This document shows positions 48,017 through 57,408 of a stretch of 64,000 nt of DNA, piece by piece (position 1 is the first letter of the stretch; each line of letters opens with the position of its first letter). Location: NCBI GenBank assembly GCA_903929455.1, contig CAIYVA010000110.1, positions 14,651 through 78,650 of the forward strand, in the 5' to 3' direction. The translations under genes were made by a program, and so were the position numbers. Source of the DNA: an uncultured Pseudomonadota bacterium. GTDB taxonomy: Bacteria; Pseudomonadota; Gammaproteobacteria; Steroidobacterales; Steroidobacteraceae. A model generated the notes under the pieces. It was not told the DNA's origin, searched no databases, and saw nothing but the letters and a program-made list of their open reading frames with translations.

Positions 48017-49104
48017 CAGTCAAAACTCCTCAGTGCCAAACCACACGCAGTGAGTAAGGCAGTAGAATCACGATGCACGCCATGCGCTTTTGCGCGAGCA
48101 GAGATCTTCATCTGCCCCAATGGATCGCCTCGCTCTGCTGGAATACCCACACGGCTTGTGATGACTTCAGGAACGCCAGCAATGTTGGCGCAACCGCCGC
48201 ACACCAGAAGCTGTTCAGGCTGCTCCCGGCCCGTGCCGGACGCTAGGTAAAACTGCAGACTGCGACTAACTTGGCTGGTCATGTCGTCGATAAAGGGATC
48301 GAGCACTTCAGGCTGGTAATTAGCAGGTAAACCGCCTTCTTTCTTGGCGCGACCCGCGTCTTCCATAGACAGGCCATAGGTCCGCATGATCTCTTCGGTT
48401 AGCTGCTGTCCCCCGAAGGCAAAATCACGCGTGTAGGTCACACGTAAGTTATGAAGAACGCTGAATGTTGTGCTACTAGCGCCGAAATCGAGCACGGCGA
48501 TGGTGCGCCCTAAGCCGCCATCCAACATCTGGTGAGTCATGAGTTGGCAGGCGCGCTCGAGCGTAAATGCTTCCACATCCACTATTTTCGCTGTCAAACC
48601 TGCGGCGGCAACCGCCGCTTGCCTGAGTTCGATGTTTTCTGTGCGCGTGGCCACCAACAAGACATCCTGACTGCTAGGGTCTCTGTCGGATGGGCCCATC
48701 ACTTCGTAGTCATAACTCACCTCTTCCATTGGGAAGGGTATGTATTGATCTGCCTGTAACGCCACTTGTGCTTCCAGGTCGCGTCCCTGTAGCTCTTTGG
48801 GCATCTGAATGACTTTGGTGATCGCAGCATCGCTTGATATGGCGACGGCTGCGTATTTTGAGCGAACTCCGCTTCGACGGATGGCGCGCTCGATGGCTTC
48901 GCCGACCACGATAGGATCTAAGATCGCTTTTTCGCTTACACCCGCATGGGGTGTGGCTTCTGCAGCGTAACTTTCAACGCGATACTGGTCGCCATCTCGA
49001 GAAAGCTCAATGAGCTTCACCGATGAAGTCGTAATGTCGAGGCCAATCAAAGGCACCGATTGCGGCCCAAATGGCCAAGCAATTTTCGGCGGGAAAAACT
49101 TCAT
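48016..49104 (-). CDS. pilM: type IV pilus assembly ATPase-fold protein PilM
   Basis: 362 aa, actin-like fold (IGLDITTSSVKLIELS, VLDFGASSTTFSV). First gene of pilMNOPQ. Confidence 0.9.
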   Translation of the reverse strand: MKFFPPKIAWPFGPQSVPLIGLDITTSSVKLIELSRDGDQYRVESYAAEATPHAGVSEKAILDPIVVGEAIERAIRRSGVRSKYAAVAISSDAAITKVIQMPKELQGRDLEAQVALQADQYIPFPMEEVSYDYEVMGPSDRDPSSQDVLLVATRTENIELRQAAVAAAGLTAKIVDVEAFTLERACQLMTHQMLDGGLGRTIAVLDFGASSTTFSVLHNLRVTYTRDFAFGGQQLTEEIMRTYGLSMEDAGRAKKEGGLPANYQPEVLDPFIDDMTSQVSRSLQFYLASGTGREQPEQLLVCGGCANIAGVPEVITSRVGIPAERGDPLGQMKISARAKAHGVHRDSTALLTACGLALRSFD

Positions 49105-49335
49105 AAATCCCTTTTTATTACAAGCCTTTGTAAGGCCTTGTCGCTGCGTTACTTGCGATACTGCCGAGACTTTATAGGAACGGTATTTTGCAAAGCGTGA
49201 AGATGGTCACGGTTCGTCGGGCTAGCGGCTACCGCCCCTTTTGACGGAGTGGCTAGTGATCAAAGGGGCGAGTATGGGCTGGAGTTCACGGGCATAATCA
49301 GTATCTAAAGCACATTAAAATAAGGCCAACGCTCG

Positions 49336-51879
49336 GTGTCACCCGTTTCTCGACGATGCATACGATGGGCCAGCCGTGGAATTGCACTGCTAGCGCTCAC
49401 CTTGGGTATGGGTGCCATTGGCACTTATGTATGGCTCGCCCCGGGCTTACCGGATGTGAGCACGCTACGTGATGTCCAAATGCAGGTGCCACTACGCATC
49501 TACAGCCGCGATGGACGGCTGATGGCGCAAATAGGCGACCAACGACGAATTCCTGTCCACTTCACAGAGGTACCAAAAGCGCTGGTCAACGCATTTTTGG
49601 CGGCTGAGGATGACCGATTCTTTAGCCACAGTGGGATTGACGCACCGGGGTTGCTGCGAGCGCTTATTGTCACCGCAGCAGCGGGCGAGGCGCGCCAAGG
49701 TGGCAGCACGATCACCATGCAGCTCGCACGGAATATGTTTTTAGGGCCAGAAAAGCACCTGTCCAGGAAGCTTCGAGAAATCATACTGGCGCTGCAAATC
49801 GAACATCAGTTCTCTAAAGAGGAGATTCTGACTCTTTATCTCAATCGGATTTTTTTAGGCGAACGAGCTTATGGGGTGGCCGCGGCAGCTGACGTCTACT
49901 ATGGCAAAACACTCGCCGAGCTAACCCTTGCTGAGATGGCGACGATCGCAAGCCTACCAAAAGCACCCTCGACCTTAAATCCAATTGCCAACCCCGAACG
50001 AGCTCGCCAACGGCGTGCCTATGTCCTGAGACGCATGCTTGATATCGGCTACGTCACCCAGGCCGAATACACCGTCGCCAATGCGGCAACCATCGAAACA
50101 ACTGAACATGGCCCTCGGGTAGAAGTGGCTGCACCATTTATTGCTGAAATGGTGCGCGCTCAGCTGGCACCAAAATTCGGTGACTCACTGTATACCGCCG
50201 GCATTCAAGTGATCACGACGGTGGACAGTCGACTGCAGCGCTCCGCAGACTGGTCCTTGCGCGCCACTCTGCTTGAATATGATCGACGCCATGGGTGGCG
50301 TGGTGCAGTTGGTCACAGCGTGCAGTTACCTACCGACTCGCGTGCTGCCACACAGATGCTAGAACGTTTTAGCCAAGTCGGCGGGCTTTTGCCGGCTATT
50401 GTGACAAAACAAACAGACAGGACAGTCACTGCCTTTGCGAAAGACGGTCAGGCCTACACGATCCCTTGGGAAGGAGGCTTGAGCTGGGCTCATCCTGCAG
50501 ATCGACTGGGCACAGACCCACACGTCGCCGCAGACATCGTTTCCATAGGCGATGTAATCTACCTGCAACCGTCTTCCGGTAGCTCAGCGCTCCTCGCGCA
50601 AGTTCCACTCGTACAGGGATCGTTTGTTTCTCTTGACCCACAAGACGGCGCTATCACGGCACTCGCTGGTGGATTTGATTTTTATGCGAGTAAGTTCAAT
50701 CGCACAGTGCAGGCCAAAAGGCAGCCAGGGTCAAGCTTCAAACCATTTATCTATTCGGCAGCATTAGAACAAGGCTTCACGCCTGCCACCGTTATCTTAG
50801 ACGCGCCCTTGGTGCTCGACACCGGAGCTGACGAGATGTGGCGTCCCGAAAATTCCTCAAAGACATTCTCTGGCCCGACACGACTGCGAGAGGCGCTCGT
50901 ACGCTCCCGCAATCTTGTGTCCATCCGGATTCTGCGCTCCATCGGTATTGATTATGCAGTTGACTATGCCACGCGATTTGGCTTCAACAGTGAGAGTCTT
51001 CCACATAATTTGACCTTGGCTCTTGGCACTGCACAGATTTCTCCTTTGGAGCTCACCACAGGATTCGCCGTGTTTGCCAATGGCGGCTTTCGTGTGGAAC
51101 CCTATGTAATTGATCGGGTACTCGATGCCAAAGGCAATGTTTTGGAGATCGCTGATCCTCGGGTGGCTTGCCAAGAGTGCGCTGTCGCAATCGAACCACC
51201 ACTACCACTCACGAGCACTGCAGCTAATCCGCAAGATAGTGTGACTACAACCACTGCGGCTACCGCCCGACAGAGTGACGAGGCCAGTCACGCACTGGCT
51301 CCTGTCTCTGCGAACGCTGCCGGCGTCACTCGCATCAGTGATATAGACCAAGGCGTCATGGCCACACCACACAGGCTAGCGCCGCGTGTGATCTCCGCTG
51401 CTAATGCCTACATCATGACGGACATCATGCGTGACGTGATTCGCCGCGGCACCGCCCATCGAGCGCTGTCACTCAAGCGCGATGATCTCGCCGGAAAGAC
51501 AGGCACCACCAACGACCGACGTGACACCTGGTTCACCGGATTTAACGCTGACATCGTTGCAGGTGCTTGGGTTGGATTTGATCAAGAGCGCTCTTTGGGT
51601 GCCGGCGAAGAAGGTGGCCACACCGCCTTGCCCATGTGGATCTACTTTATGGGAGAAGCGCTTGCACATCGCCCGACCCACCGCCTGCCGCAGCCAGAAG
51701 GCGTGGTGGGCGCGCGTGTGGCACCAGCCACGGGGTCGCTTGCTGGCCCTAGTGATCCAGATGCACTATTTGAATTGTTTTTCGCAGGTCACTTACCAGG
51801 CGCCGGTGGGCTAAGCGGTGAGGGCCTCCCGGCAAGTGGCAACCAGCGCTCCACAACGGGCGAGGACCCCATCTTTTAG
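49336..51879 (+). CDS. mrcA: penicillin-binding protein 1A (bifunctional transglycosylase/transpeptidase)
   Basis: GT51 motifs EDDRFFSHSGID and GGSTITMQLARN. Transpeptidase motifs SSFKP, SRN and KTGTT. GTG start, divergent from pilM. Confidence 0.95.
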   Translation: MSPVSRRCIRWASRGIALLALTLGMGAIGTYVWLAPGLPDVSTLRDVQMQVPLRIYSRDGRLMAQIGDQRRIPVHFTEVPKALVNAFLAAEDDRFFSHSGIDAPGLLRALIVTAAAGEARQGGSTITMQLARNMFLGPEKHLSRKLREIILALQIEHQFSKEEILTLYLNRIFLGERAYGVAAAADVYYGKTLAELTLAEMATIASLPKAPSTLNPIANPERARQRRAYVLRRMLDIGYVTQAEYTVANAATIETTEHGPRVEVAAPFIAEMVRAQLAPKFGDSLYTAGIQVITTVDSRLQRSADWSLRATLLEYDRRHGWRGAVGHSVQLPTDSRAATQMLERFSQVGGLLPAIVTKQTDRTVTAFAKDGQAYTIPWEGGLSWAHPADRLGTDPHVAADIVSIGDVIYLQPSSGSSALLAQVPLVQGSFVSLDPQDGAITALAGGFDFYASKFNRTVQAKRQPGSSFKPFIYSAALEQGFTPATVILDAPLVLDTGADEMWRPENSSKTFSGPTRLREALVRSRNLVSIRILRSIGIDYAVDYATRFGFNSESLPHNLTLALGTAQISPLELTTGFAVFANGGFRVEPYVIDRVLDAKGNVLEIADPRVACQECAVAIEPPLPLTSTAANPQDSVTTTTAATARQSDEASHALAPVSANAAGVTRISDIDQGVMATPHRLAPRVISAANAYIMTDIMRDVIRRGTAHRALSLKRDDLAGKTGTTNDRRDTWFTGFNADIVAGAWVGFDQERSLGAGEEGGHTALPMWIYFMGEALAHRPTHRLPQPEGVVGARVAPATGSLAGPSDPDALFELFFAGHLPGAGGLSGEGLPASGNQRSTTGEDPIF

Positions 51880-51941
51880 TTAGCGCGTGCACGATCGCAG
51901 CATGTCTAACTGGAACAGTGGAAACATTAGGAGGCTAGCCG

Positions 51942-52556
51942 ATGTCCCGACCTAGAGCGATACGCGGTAACGACTTACGACGCGCACTCGCACAGGAGAG
52001 TGCACGGATCATGGCCGAACATGGTATTGAAGATTACGCGCTTGCTAAAAAGAAAGCGGCAGTCCGTCTCGGCGTAAGTGAACTGGGAGCACTGCCCACT
52101 AATGCAGAAATTGACGTAGCGCTCGCGCAGTATCAAAGGCTATTTGCGCCCAGTGATCGCCAGGACACTTTGTCCGCACAGCGACGCTGCGCGGTCGAGG
52201 CCATGCGGCTACTGGAAACCTTCAAACCGAGACTGGTGGGGCCTGTCCTGAGCGGCACCGCGATCACTCACCAGACGATCACGCTACATGTATTTGCTGA
52301 CACAGTAGAATCCATCAGCATTGCATTGCTAGATAGAAAAATTCCCTATCGACTGGCTGAGCAACGCGTCAAAGTGAGCGCTGACCGACAACAGCATTGC
52401 CCTGTGTTTTGTCTTCAGTACTTAGAATTTGAAATTGAGGCTGTTGTTTTCCCAGAACATGGTATCCGTCAGGCGCCATTGTCTGCAATCGATGGACGTC
52501 CGATGCGGCGCGGCACACTCACAGAAGTGCAGATGCTGCTAGCCGTGCAGGCTTAG
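51942..52556 (+). CDS. hypothetical protein
   Basis: 204-aa ORF with protein-like composition and an RBS-like AGGAGG 9 nt upstream. I do not recognise a family. Confidence 0.5.
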   Translation: MSRPRAIRGNDLRRALAQESARIMAEHGIEDYALAKKKAAVRLGVSELGALPTNAEIDVALAQYQRLFAPSDRQDTLSAQRRCAVEAMRLLETFKPRLVGPVLSGTAITHQTITLHVFADTVESISIALLDRKIPYRLAEQRVKVSADRQQHCPVFCLQYLEFEIEAVVFPEHGIRQAPLSAIDGRPMRRGTLTEVQMLLAVQA

Positions 52557-53423
52557 CTCCCCAGTGGTCGGTCGATGCTCATCCCAGATGAGATAGAGCC
52601 CCCCCGCAATCACTATGGTGGCGCCAAATAGCACGTGCGCCGACGGCGTGATGGCAAATACAAAATAGTCCAATAGCAAACCCCACACTAAGGCGGTGTA
52701 CTCAAATGGAGTGACCGTAGCGGCTGCCGCCAATTGAAAGGCGCGCGTCAAAAAATACTGCGCCAGAGCCCCGGTAAGGCCAATCATCGCCAGAATCCAT
52801 AGATGAGCTGGCGCCAACGAGTGCCACGTGGGGGCTGCGATCGCTGAGGCAACAACAGCCACACCAAAAAGATTCCAAGTGACCAGCGCGTAGCTCGAAT
52901 CCGTTCGACCCAATACCCGGATCGATAACACACTGACGGCATAGCAGATCGCCGATGCGGCTGCGGCGAGGCCGCCCAATGAGAGCATTCCGTGGCCATG
53001 GGGTTGTAAGGCAATCAGCACGCCAAGCATACCCACGGCGATCGCAACCCACCGGCGTATCGGCACAGGCTCTTTTAAGAAGATACGGGAAAAGGCGGCC
53101 ACCATCAGCGGCGCGCTCATGTAGATTGCATACGTATCGGTCAGTCCTTGAACAGATACGGAATAGATAAAGGTCACTAGCATCACAATGGCAAGCACGA
53201 TACGCACAAGATACAGCGCGTAATTGTTCACACGAAGAGAACGCCAGTGATTTCCCCAGGCTAGCGTCAGCGCGATGAAAGGCAAAGAAAAGATAGCCCG
53301 CAAGGCGGTCACTTGCATCGGAGGATAGTAGGCAGAGACGCGCTTTAAACCAGCATCCATAAATGAGAACAGCAGAACGCCCAGCAACATTCGGCCGATC
53401 GCTTTGAGGTTGGCCGTCTGCAA
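52539..53423 (-). CDS. EamA/DMT-family transporter
   Basis: 294 aa, about ten hydrophobic segments in two repeated halves. Confidence 0.8.
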   Translation of the reverse strand: MQTANLKAIGRMLLGVLLFSFMDAGLKRVSAYYPPMQVTALRAIFSLPFIALTLAWGNHWRSLRVNNYALYLVRIVLAIVMLVTFIYSVSVQGLTDTYAIYMSAPLMVAAFSRIFLKEPVPIRRWVAIAVGMLGVLIALQPHGHGMLSLGGLAAAASAICYAVSVLSIRVLGRTDSSYALVTWNLFGVAVVASAIAAPTWHSLAPAHLWILAMIGLTGALAQYFLTRAFQLAAAATVTPFEYTALVWGLLLDYFVFAITPSAHVLFGATIVIAGGLYLIWDEHRPTTGELSLHG

Positions 53424-53473
53424 TGGAAGTCCTAAGAGGCTAACAATAGAGAGCTGGAGCTCGGATAGGACGG

Positions 53474-54769
53474 CTAGCGGGTTTGAATATCACTGTACTG
53501 GCGACTCGTAGGGCCGGTATACAGCTGGCGCGGGCGGCCAATTTTCATCGCAGGATCGCCGATCATTTCTTGCCAGTGAGCAACCCATCCTGCCGTTCGC
53601 GCAATCGCAAACATGACTGTGAACATGGAGCGCGGGATACCAATCGCACTGTAAATAATGCCGGAGTAGAAATCGACATTCGGGTAGAGCTTACGAGATA
53701 CAAAGTACTCATCATGTAACGCGACTTCTTCTAAGCGAAGCGCCAACTCGAAGAGTGGATTATCCGTGCGGCCCAGCTTCTCAAGAACCGCATGACAGGT
53801 TTCGCGAATAATTTTCGCGCGAGGGTCAAAGTTTTTATAGACACGGTGACCAAAGCCCATCAGCTTCGTATGATCTTGCTTGTCTTTAACGCGCGCCAGA
53901 AACTTAGGAATAGCATCGGCGGTGCCGATCTCCTCGAGCATTTGTAGAACCGCCTCATTGGCGCCACCATGTGAGGGCCCCCACAAAGCCGAGACGCCAG
54001 CAGAGATGGCAGCATACGGGTTGGTACCAGTGCTACCCGCTAACCGAACGGTAGATGTACTGGCATTTTGCTCGTGATCAGCGTGCAGGATCAGCAACAA
54101 GTCGAGCGCTTTAGCAGCTGTTGGCTCGATCTGTAGCTCTTCGCTGGGAACTCCGAAAAACATATTGAGCAAGTTCGTGCCATAGCTCAGCGAGTTTCTC
54201 GGTTGCATAAATGGCTGGCCGAGCATGTGCTTGTAGGCTGCCGCTGCAATCGTTGGCATCTTGGCGAGAATGCGATGAGCAACAATCTCTCGATGCCGCG
54301 GGTTATAGATATCTAGAGAGTCGTGGTAAAAACCAGCGAGAGATGCCACCACGGCAGACACTTGCGCCATTGGGTGCGCATCGTAATGAAAGCCATTAAA
54401 AAACCGCAGCAGCGATTCATTGATCATCGTGTGACGAGTGATGTTGTTCTGCCACTCAGCCAACTGCGTCGCATCGGGCAACTCACCGTAGATGAGCAGG
54501 TAAGCGACCTCTAAGAAGGTGCTTTTTGCCGCAAGTTGCTCCACCGGATAACCGCGATACAGCAAGATTCCGTTATCGCCGTCGATGTAGGTGATTTTCG
54601 ACTCGCAGGCAGCCGTCGACATAAAGCCTGGGTCGTATGTAAAAACGCCATGATCTTTTGCCAGAGGGGCGATATTGACAACGTCCGGACCGACCGTCGG
54701 GTGTAGGGCTTCAAGTGAGGAGCTTTTGCCCGTGGCATCGTCGGTCAGCGTGAAGGTACGAGTCGTCAT
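53474..54769 (-). CDS. gltA: citrate synthase (type II)
   Basis: [18 protein letters not shown] and [13 protein letters not shown] motifs. ATG 54769 (Met38 of the ORF) is preceded by AAGGG. Confidence 0.95.
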   Translation of the reverse strand: MTTRTFTLTDDATGKSSSLEALHPTVGPDVVNIAPLAKDHGVFTYDPGFMSTAACESKITYIDGDNGILLYRGYPVEQLAAKSTFLEVAYLLIYGELPDATQLAEWQNNITRHTMINESLLRFFNGFHYDAHPMAQVSAVVASLAGFYHDSLDIYNPRHREIVAHRILAKMPTIAAAAYKHMLGQPFMQPRNSLSYGTNLLNMFFGVPSEELQIEPTAAKALDLLLILHADHEQNASTSTVRLAGSTGTNPYAAISAGVSALWGPSHGGANEAVLQMLEEIGTADAIPKFLARVKDKQDHTKLMGFGHRVYKNFDPRAKIIRETCHAVLEKLGRTDNPLFELALRLEEVALHDEYFVSRKLYPNVDFYSGIIYSAIGIPRSMFTVMFAIARTAGWVAHWQEMIGDPAMKIGRPRQLYTGPTSRQYSDIQTR

Positions 54770-54844
54770 GGAATACCCTTTGAGTGCGGGCAGATTGTCA
54801 CGTGACGGCCCAAGAATCAAGGATGCGGGCAGGGTGCCCATATG

Positions 54845-54871
54845 AAAACGCCCGGCAGTGCCGGGCGTTTG
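54845..54871 (-). terminator. Rho-independent terminator of rpmE
   Basis: ACGCCCGGC / GCCGGGCGT stem (54848-54856 / 54860-54868). On the minus strand it is followed by UUUUCAUA. It begins 27 nt after the rpmE stop. Confidence 0.75.
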
Positions 54872-54896
54872 CGAATCCATCCGATCGACGGAGCAG

Positions 54897-55112
54897 TTAG
54901 GCCGCTGGCGTCTGGGCGGCGTACTTCTTACGGAAGCGATCCACGCGGCCGCCGGTATCCACTACTTTTTGCTTGCCCGTGTAAAACGGGTGGCATGCGG
55001 AGCAGACTTCTACACTGAGATCAGTACCCAGGGTTGAACCCGTTTCGAACTTGTTGCCGCAGCTGCAAACAACGTTAATCGAGGTATAGGCAGGGTGTAT
55101 TTCAGGCTTCAT
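54897..55112 (-). CDS. rpmE: 50S ribosomal protein L31 (zinc-ribbon form)
   Basis: MKPEIHPAY...CSCGNKF...[16 protein letters not shown] at 55112 (Met23 of the longer ORF). Confidence 0.95.
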   Translation of the reverse strand: MKPEIHPAYTSINVVCSCGNKFETGSTLGTDLSVEVCSACHPFYTGKQKVVDTGGRVDRFRKKYAAQTPAA

Positions 55113-55148
55113 GGCGTATTCACAGCGTGGCGCGTCAGAGGGGCGCGC

Positions 55149-55178
55149 AGTATAGGCAGTCAGCGGGCTGCGCCGCAA
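55149..55178 (-). promoter_or_regulatory. candidate sigma70 promoter of rpmE
   Basis: On the minus strand: TTGCGG (55178-55173), 18-nt spacer, TATACT (55154-55149). It lies about 40 nt upstream of the rpmE ATG. Confidence 0.4.
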
Positions 55179-55330
55179 GGTGAATCGATATCAGCAGCCG
55201 CTACGGCGCTGCGCCATGGCAGCAGGGGTAGCCTGTAAACCCGTACGGAAACGCTTACTTAGGTCATTTTCAGGGTAACAGTCATGAACTTTAGTGGCTA
55301 ACAGGATGAACCCATAGGCCACCCTTCATA

Positions 55331-55365
55331 TTATCCACTTTTCCTGTGGATAACTATGTGGACAA
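55331..55365. promoter_or_regulatory. cluster of three DnaA boxes
   Basis: TTATCCACT (55331-55339, 8/9). TGTGGATAA (55345-55353), the exact complement of consensus TTATCCACA. TGTGGACAA (55357-55365, 8/9). Confidence 0.6.
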
Positions 55366-55563
55366 TGTATCCCCACCACCCATTTAGCCGCGCAAAAAAT
55401 GCATTTATGATGATTTGATTAAAAAATGAACAGGGCTATTTATTATTTAAATTCAATAAGTTAGATACTCCCTCTTGAGAACTCAGGTGATAAAGCGACT
55501 GTTAGTGACTACTTTTCGCTTGCCCCCCTCTCGGTGTGCACAAGTCGGCCACGCTGACTGCCT

Positions 55564-55590
55564 GACCGCCGGCTCTGGCGTCTCTTTTTT
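55564..55590 (+). terminator. candidate plus-strand Rho-independent terminator with no annotated upstream gene
   Basis: GAC(C)GCC / GGCGTC stem with a 6-nt loop, followed by TCTTTTTT (55583-55590). The U tract exists only on the plus strand. Confidence 0.35.
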
Positions 55591-55629
55591 AACTAAAATG
55601 AGGCACTTACCTGAGCCCCACCACACGCG

Positions 55630-56802
55630 TCAGGACGCCTCAGACGGCGCCGGTAAAAACAACGCCTGCAAATCGTTTAAAAATCGCTGCCCAAGCGCGG
55701 TGGCACGAAAGCCTTTAGCGGTACTTTCCAGTAGCGCGCGCCGTTGCGCGAGTGCCAGAGGAGCGGCCACCACTTCAAGCGGCAGCCCCGTGCGCTCCTC
55801 AAAAGCAGTCGCCTCAAAACCGTCCGCCAGACGAAGTGCGTTAAGCAAATACTCGAATGGCCTCATCTGCGCATGAACCGCCACACGCACGCCCAAAGAG
55901 GCCTGCGCGCTGGATTGCGCCAGATACTCCCTCGGCTGCTTCAGTTTCTCAGTGCGCCAAATCATCTGCTCATGTCGATCCGTTACCTTGCCGTGCGCGC
56001 CCGCGCCAATACCCAGATAGTCGCCAAACTGCCAGTAGTTGAGATTATGACGACACTCAAAGCCAGGTCGCGCCCAGGCTGACACTTCGTACTGCCTAAA
56101 GCCAGCCGCCAGCAAGCGCGCGTGGGTGGCCTGTTGCATCTGCTCAAGCACCTCCTCATCAGGCAGCGTCGGTGGCTGGGTAAAAAAGACCGTACCTGGC
56201 TCGAGCGTCAACTGATAGTGCGACACATGCGGCGGCTTAAACCCAAGACCCTGCTCAATATCTATCAGCGCCTCAGCCACCGACTGCTCGGGTAACCCGT
56301 GCATCAGATCCAAATTAAAGTTTCCGATGCCCGACTCAGCCAGCTCTGCTAATGACCGAACCGTGTCACTTGGAGCGTGAATGCGTCCAAGAAGCTGCAA
56401 CTGATGTGCACCAAAACTCTGTACGCCCAAGGACACACGATTGATACCAGCCTGGTAATAGCCAACAAAACTGCCACGTTCAATGGCCCCCGGATTTACT
56501 TCCATCGTGACTTCCGCATCCGTAGCCACTTCAACTCGCGCACGAATTCCCGCCATCAGCTTTGCCATTGACTCGGGGGAAAACAAACTGGGCGTACCGC
56601 CGCCGAAAAAAACAGTCTCAACAGCACGCCCCTGCACCCGCGGCGCTTCCAACGCCAAATCTTGCAGCAAAGCATCTATGTAAGCGGGCTGTGGCAATAG
56701 TCCTTTGTGCACATGCGAATTAAAATCGCAGTAAGGACACTTACGCACACACCAGGGAAGATGCACATAAAGGGCGAGTGGCGGATTAATCAGCGCTGTC
56801 AT
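55630..56802 (-). CDS. hemW: radical SAM heme chaperone HemW (coproporphyrinogen III oxidase-like, YggW)
   Basis: LYVHLPWCVRKCPYCDF (CxxxCxxC) and FFGGGTPS. Follows rdgB, as in E. coli yggV-yggW. Confidence 0.9.
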   Translation of the reverse strand: MTALINPPLALYVHLPWCVRKCPYCDFNSHVHKGLLPQPAYIDALLQDLALEAPRVQGRAVETVFFGGGTPSLFSPESMAKLMAGIRARVEVATDAEVTMEVNPGAIERGSFVGYYQAGINRVSLGVQSFGAHQLQLLGRIHAPSDTVRSLAELAESGIGNFNLDLMHGLPEQSVAEALIDIEQGLGFKPPHVSHYQLTLEPGTVFFTQPPTLPDEEVLEQMQQATHARLLAAGFRQYEVSAWARPGFECRHNLNYWQFGDYLGIGAGAHGKVTDRHEQMIWRTEKLKQPREYLAQSSAQASLGVRVAVHAQMRPFEYLLNALRLADGFEATAFEERTGLPLEVVAAPLALAQRRALLESTAKGFRATALGQRFLNDLQALFLPAPSEAS

Positions 56803-57395
56803 TCTGACGCAAGTCGCGCCTGCAAACTTCGCATGGCTTGCGCACGGTGCGATAACTCATTCTTCTCTTGCAAAGATAGCTCGGCGGCCGTCTTACCAAG
56901 GGCAGGCACCCAAAATAAAGGGTCGTAACCAAAACCATTTTGGCCACGCGGCTCTAACACGATCTCCCCTTCCCAGACACCCTGCACAATCATTGGTGTT
57001 GGATCCTCTGGTCCTGACACGAGCGCCAACACCGTCCGATAGCGCGCCGTGCGCGGCGCGGGACTCGCACGCAGTGCGTCCAATAAACGGGCGTTATTGA
57101 CAGCGTCACTCGCGCCATCTCCAGCATAGCGAGCGGAGTACACCCCTGGGGCACCCTCGAGCGCATCTACTTCAAGACCTGAATCATCAGCGAGCGCAGC
57201 ACATTGGGCGCGCTTAGCGGCGTACCGCGCCTTCAGCAAAGCATTACCGACAAAAGTGCTCTCTGTTTCAGCAATGGCCGGTATCCCGAGTTCGCGTTGC
57301 GAAATCACTTCGCCGACAAAATCTGCCAACAGTAATTCGAACTCGGCAAGCTTGCCGGCATTGTGCGTCGCAATCACTAATCGCTGAATAACCAC
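56799..57395 (-). CDS. rdgB: non-canonical purine NTP pyrophosphatase (dITP/XTP)
   Basis: ATHNAGKLAEF, DDSGLEVDAL, FGYDPLF and SHRA motifs. Confidence 0.9.
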   Translation of the reverse strand: MVIQRLVIATHNAGKLAEFELLLADFVGEVISQRELGIPAIAETESTFVGNALLKARYAAKRAQCAALADDSGLEVDALEGAPGVYSARYAGDGASDAVNNARLLDALRASPAPRTARYRTVLALVSGPEDPTPMIVQGVWEGEIVLEPRGQNGFGYDPLFWVPALGKTAAELSLQEKNELSHRAQAMRSLQARLASE

Positions 57396-57408
57396 ACTTA
57401 CACTTAAA

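Noticed and set aside
54770-54880. N-terminal extensions offered by the ORF track for gltA, and likewise rpmE (55113-55178), rph (58126-58230), gmk (59941-60063), aroK (42064-42123), fhs (28303-28341) and the CoA ligase (2868-3086)
   Set aside because: In each case the conserved family N-terminus begins at an internal ATG, often with a Shine-Dalgarno-like sequence. The upstream extension has non-protein-like composition.
55331-55470. Chromosomal replication origin (DnaA boxes plus AT-rich tract)
   Set aside because: There are only three boxes, and none of dnaA, dnaN, gidA, mioC or rpmH is nearby. I saw no repeated 13-mer-like DUE elements. A DARS/datA-like or promoter role is more parsimonious.
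55475-55876. 133-aa TTG-initiated plus-strand ORF
   Set aside because: Most of it is antisense to the hemW 3' end. It has Arg/Ser/Ala-rich low-complexity composition and no RBS.
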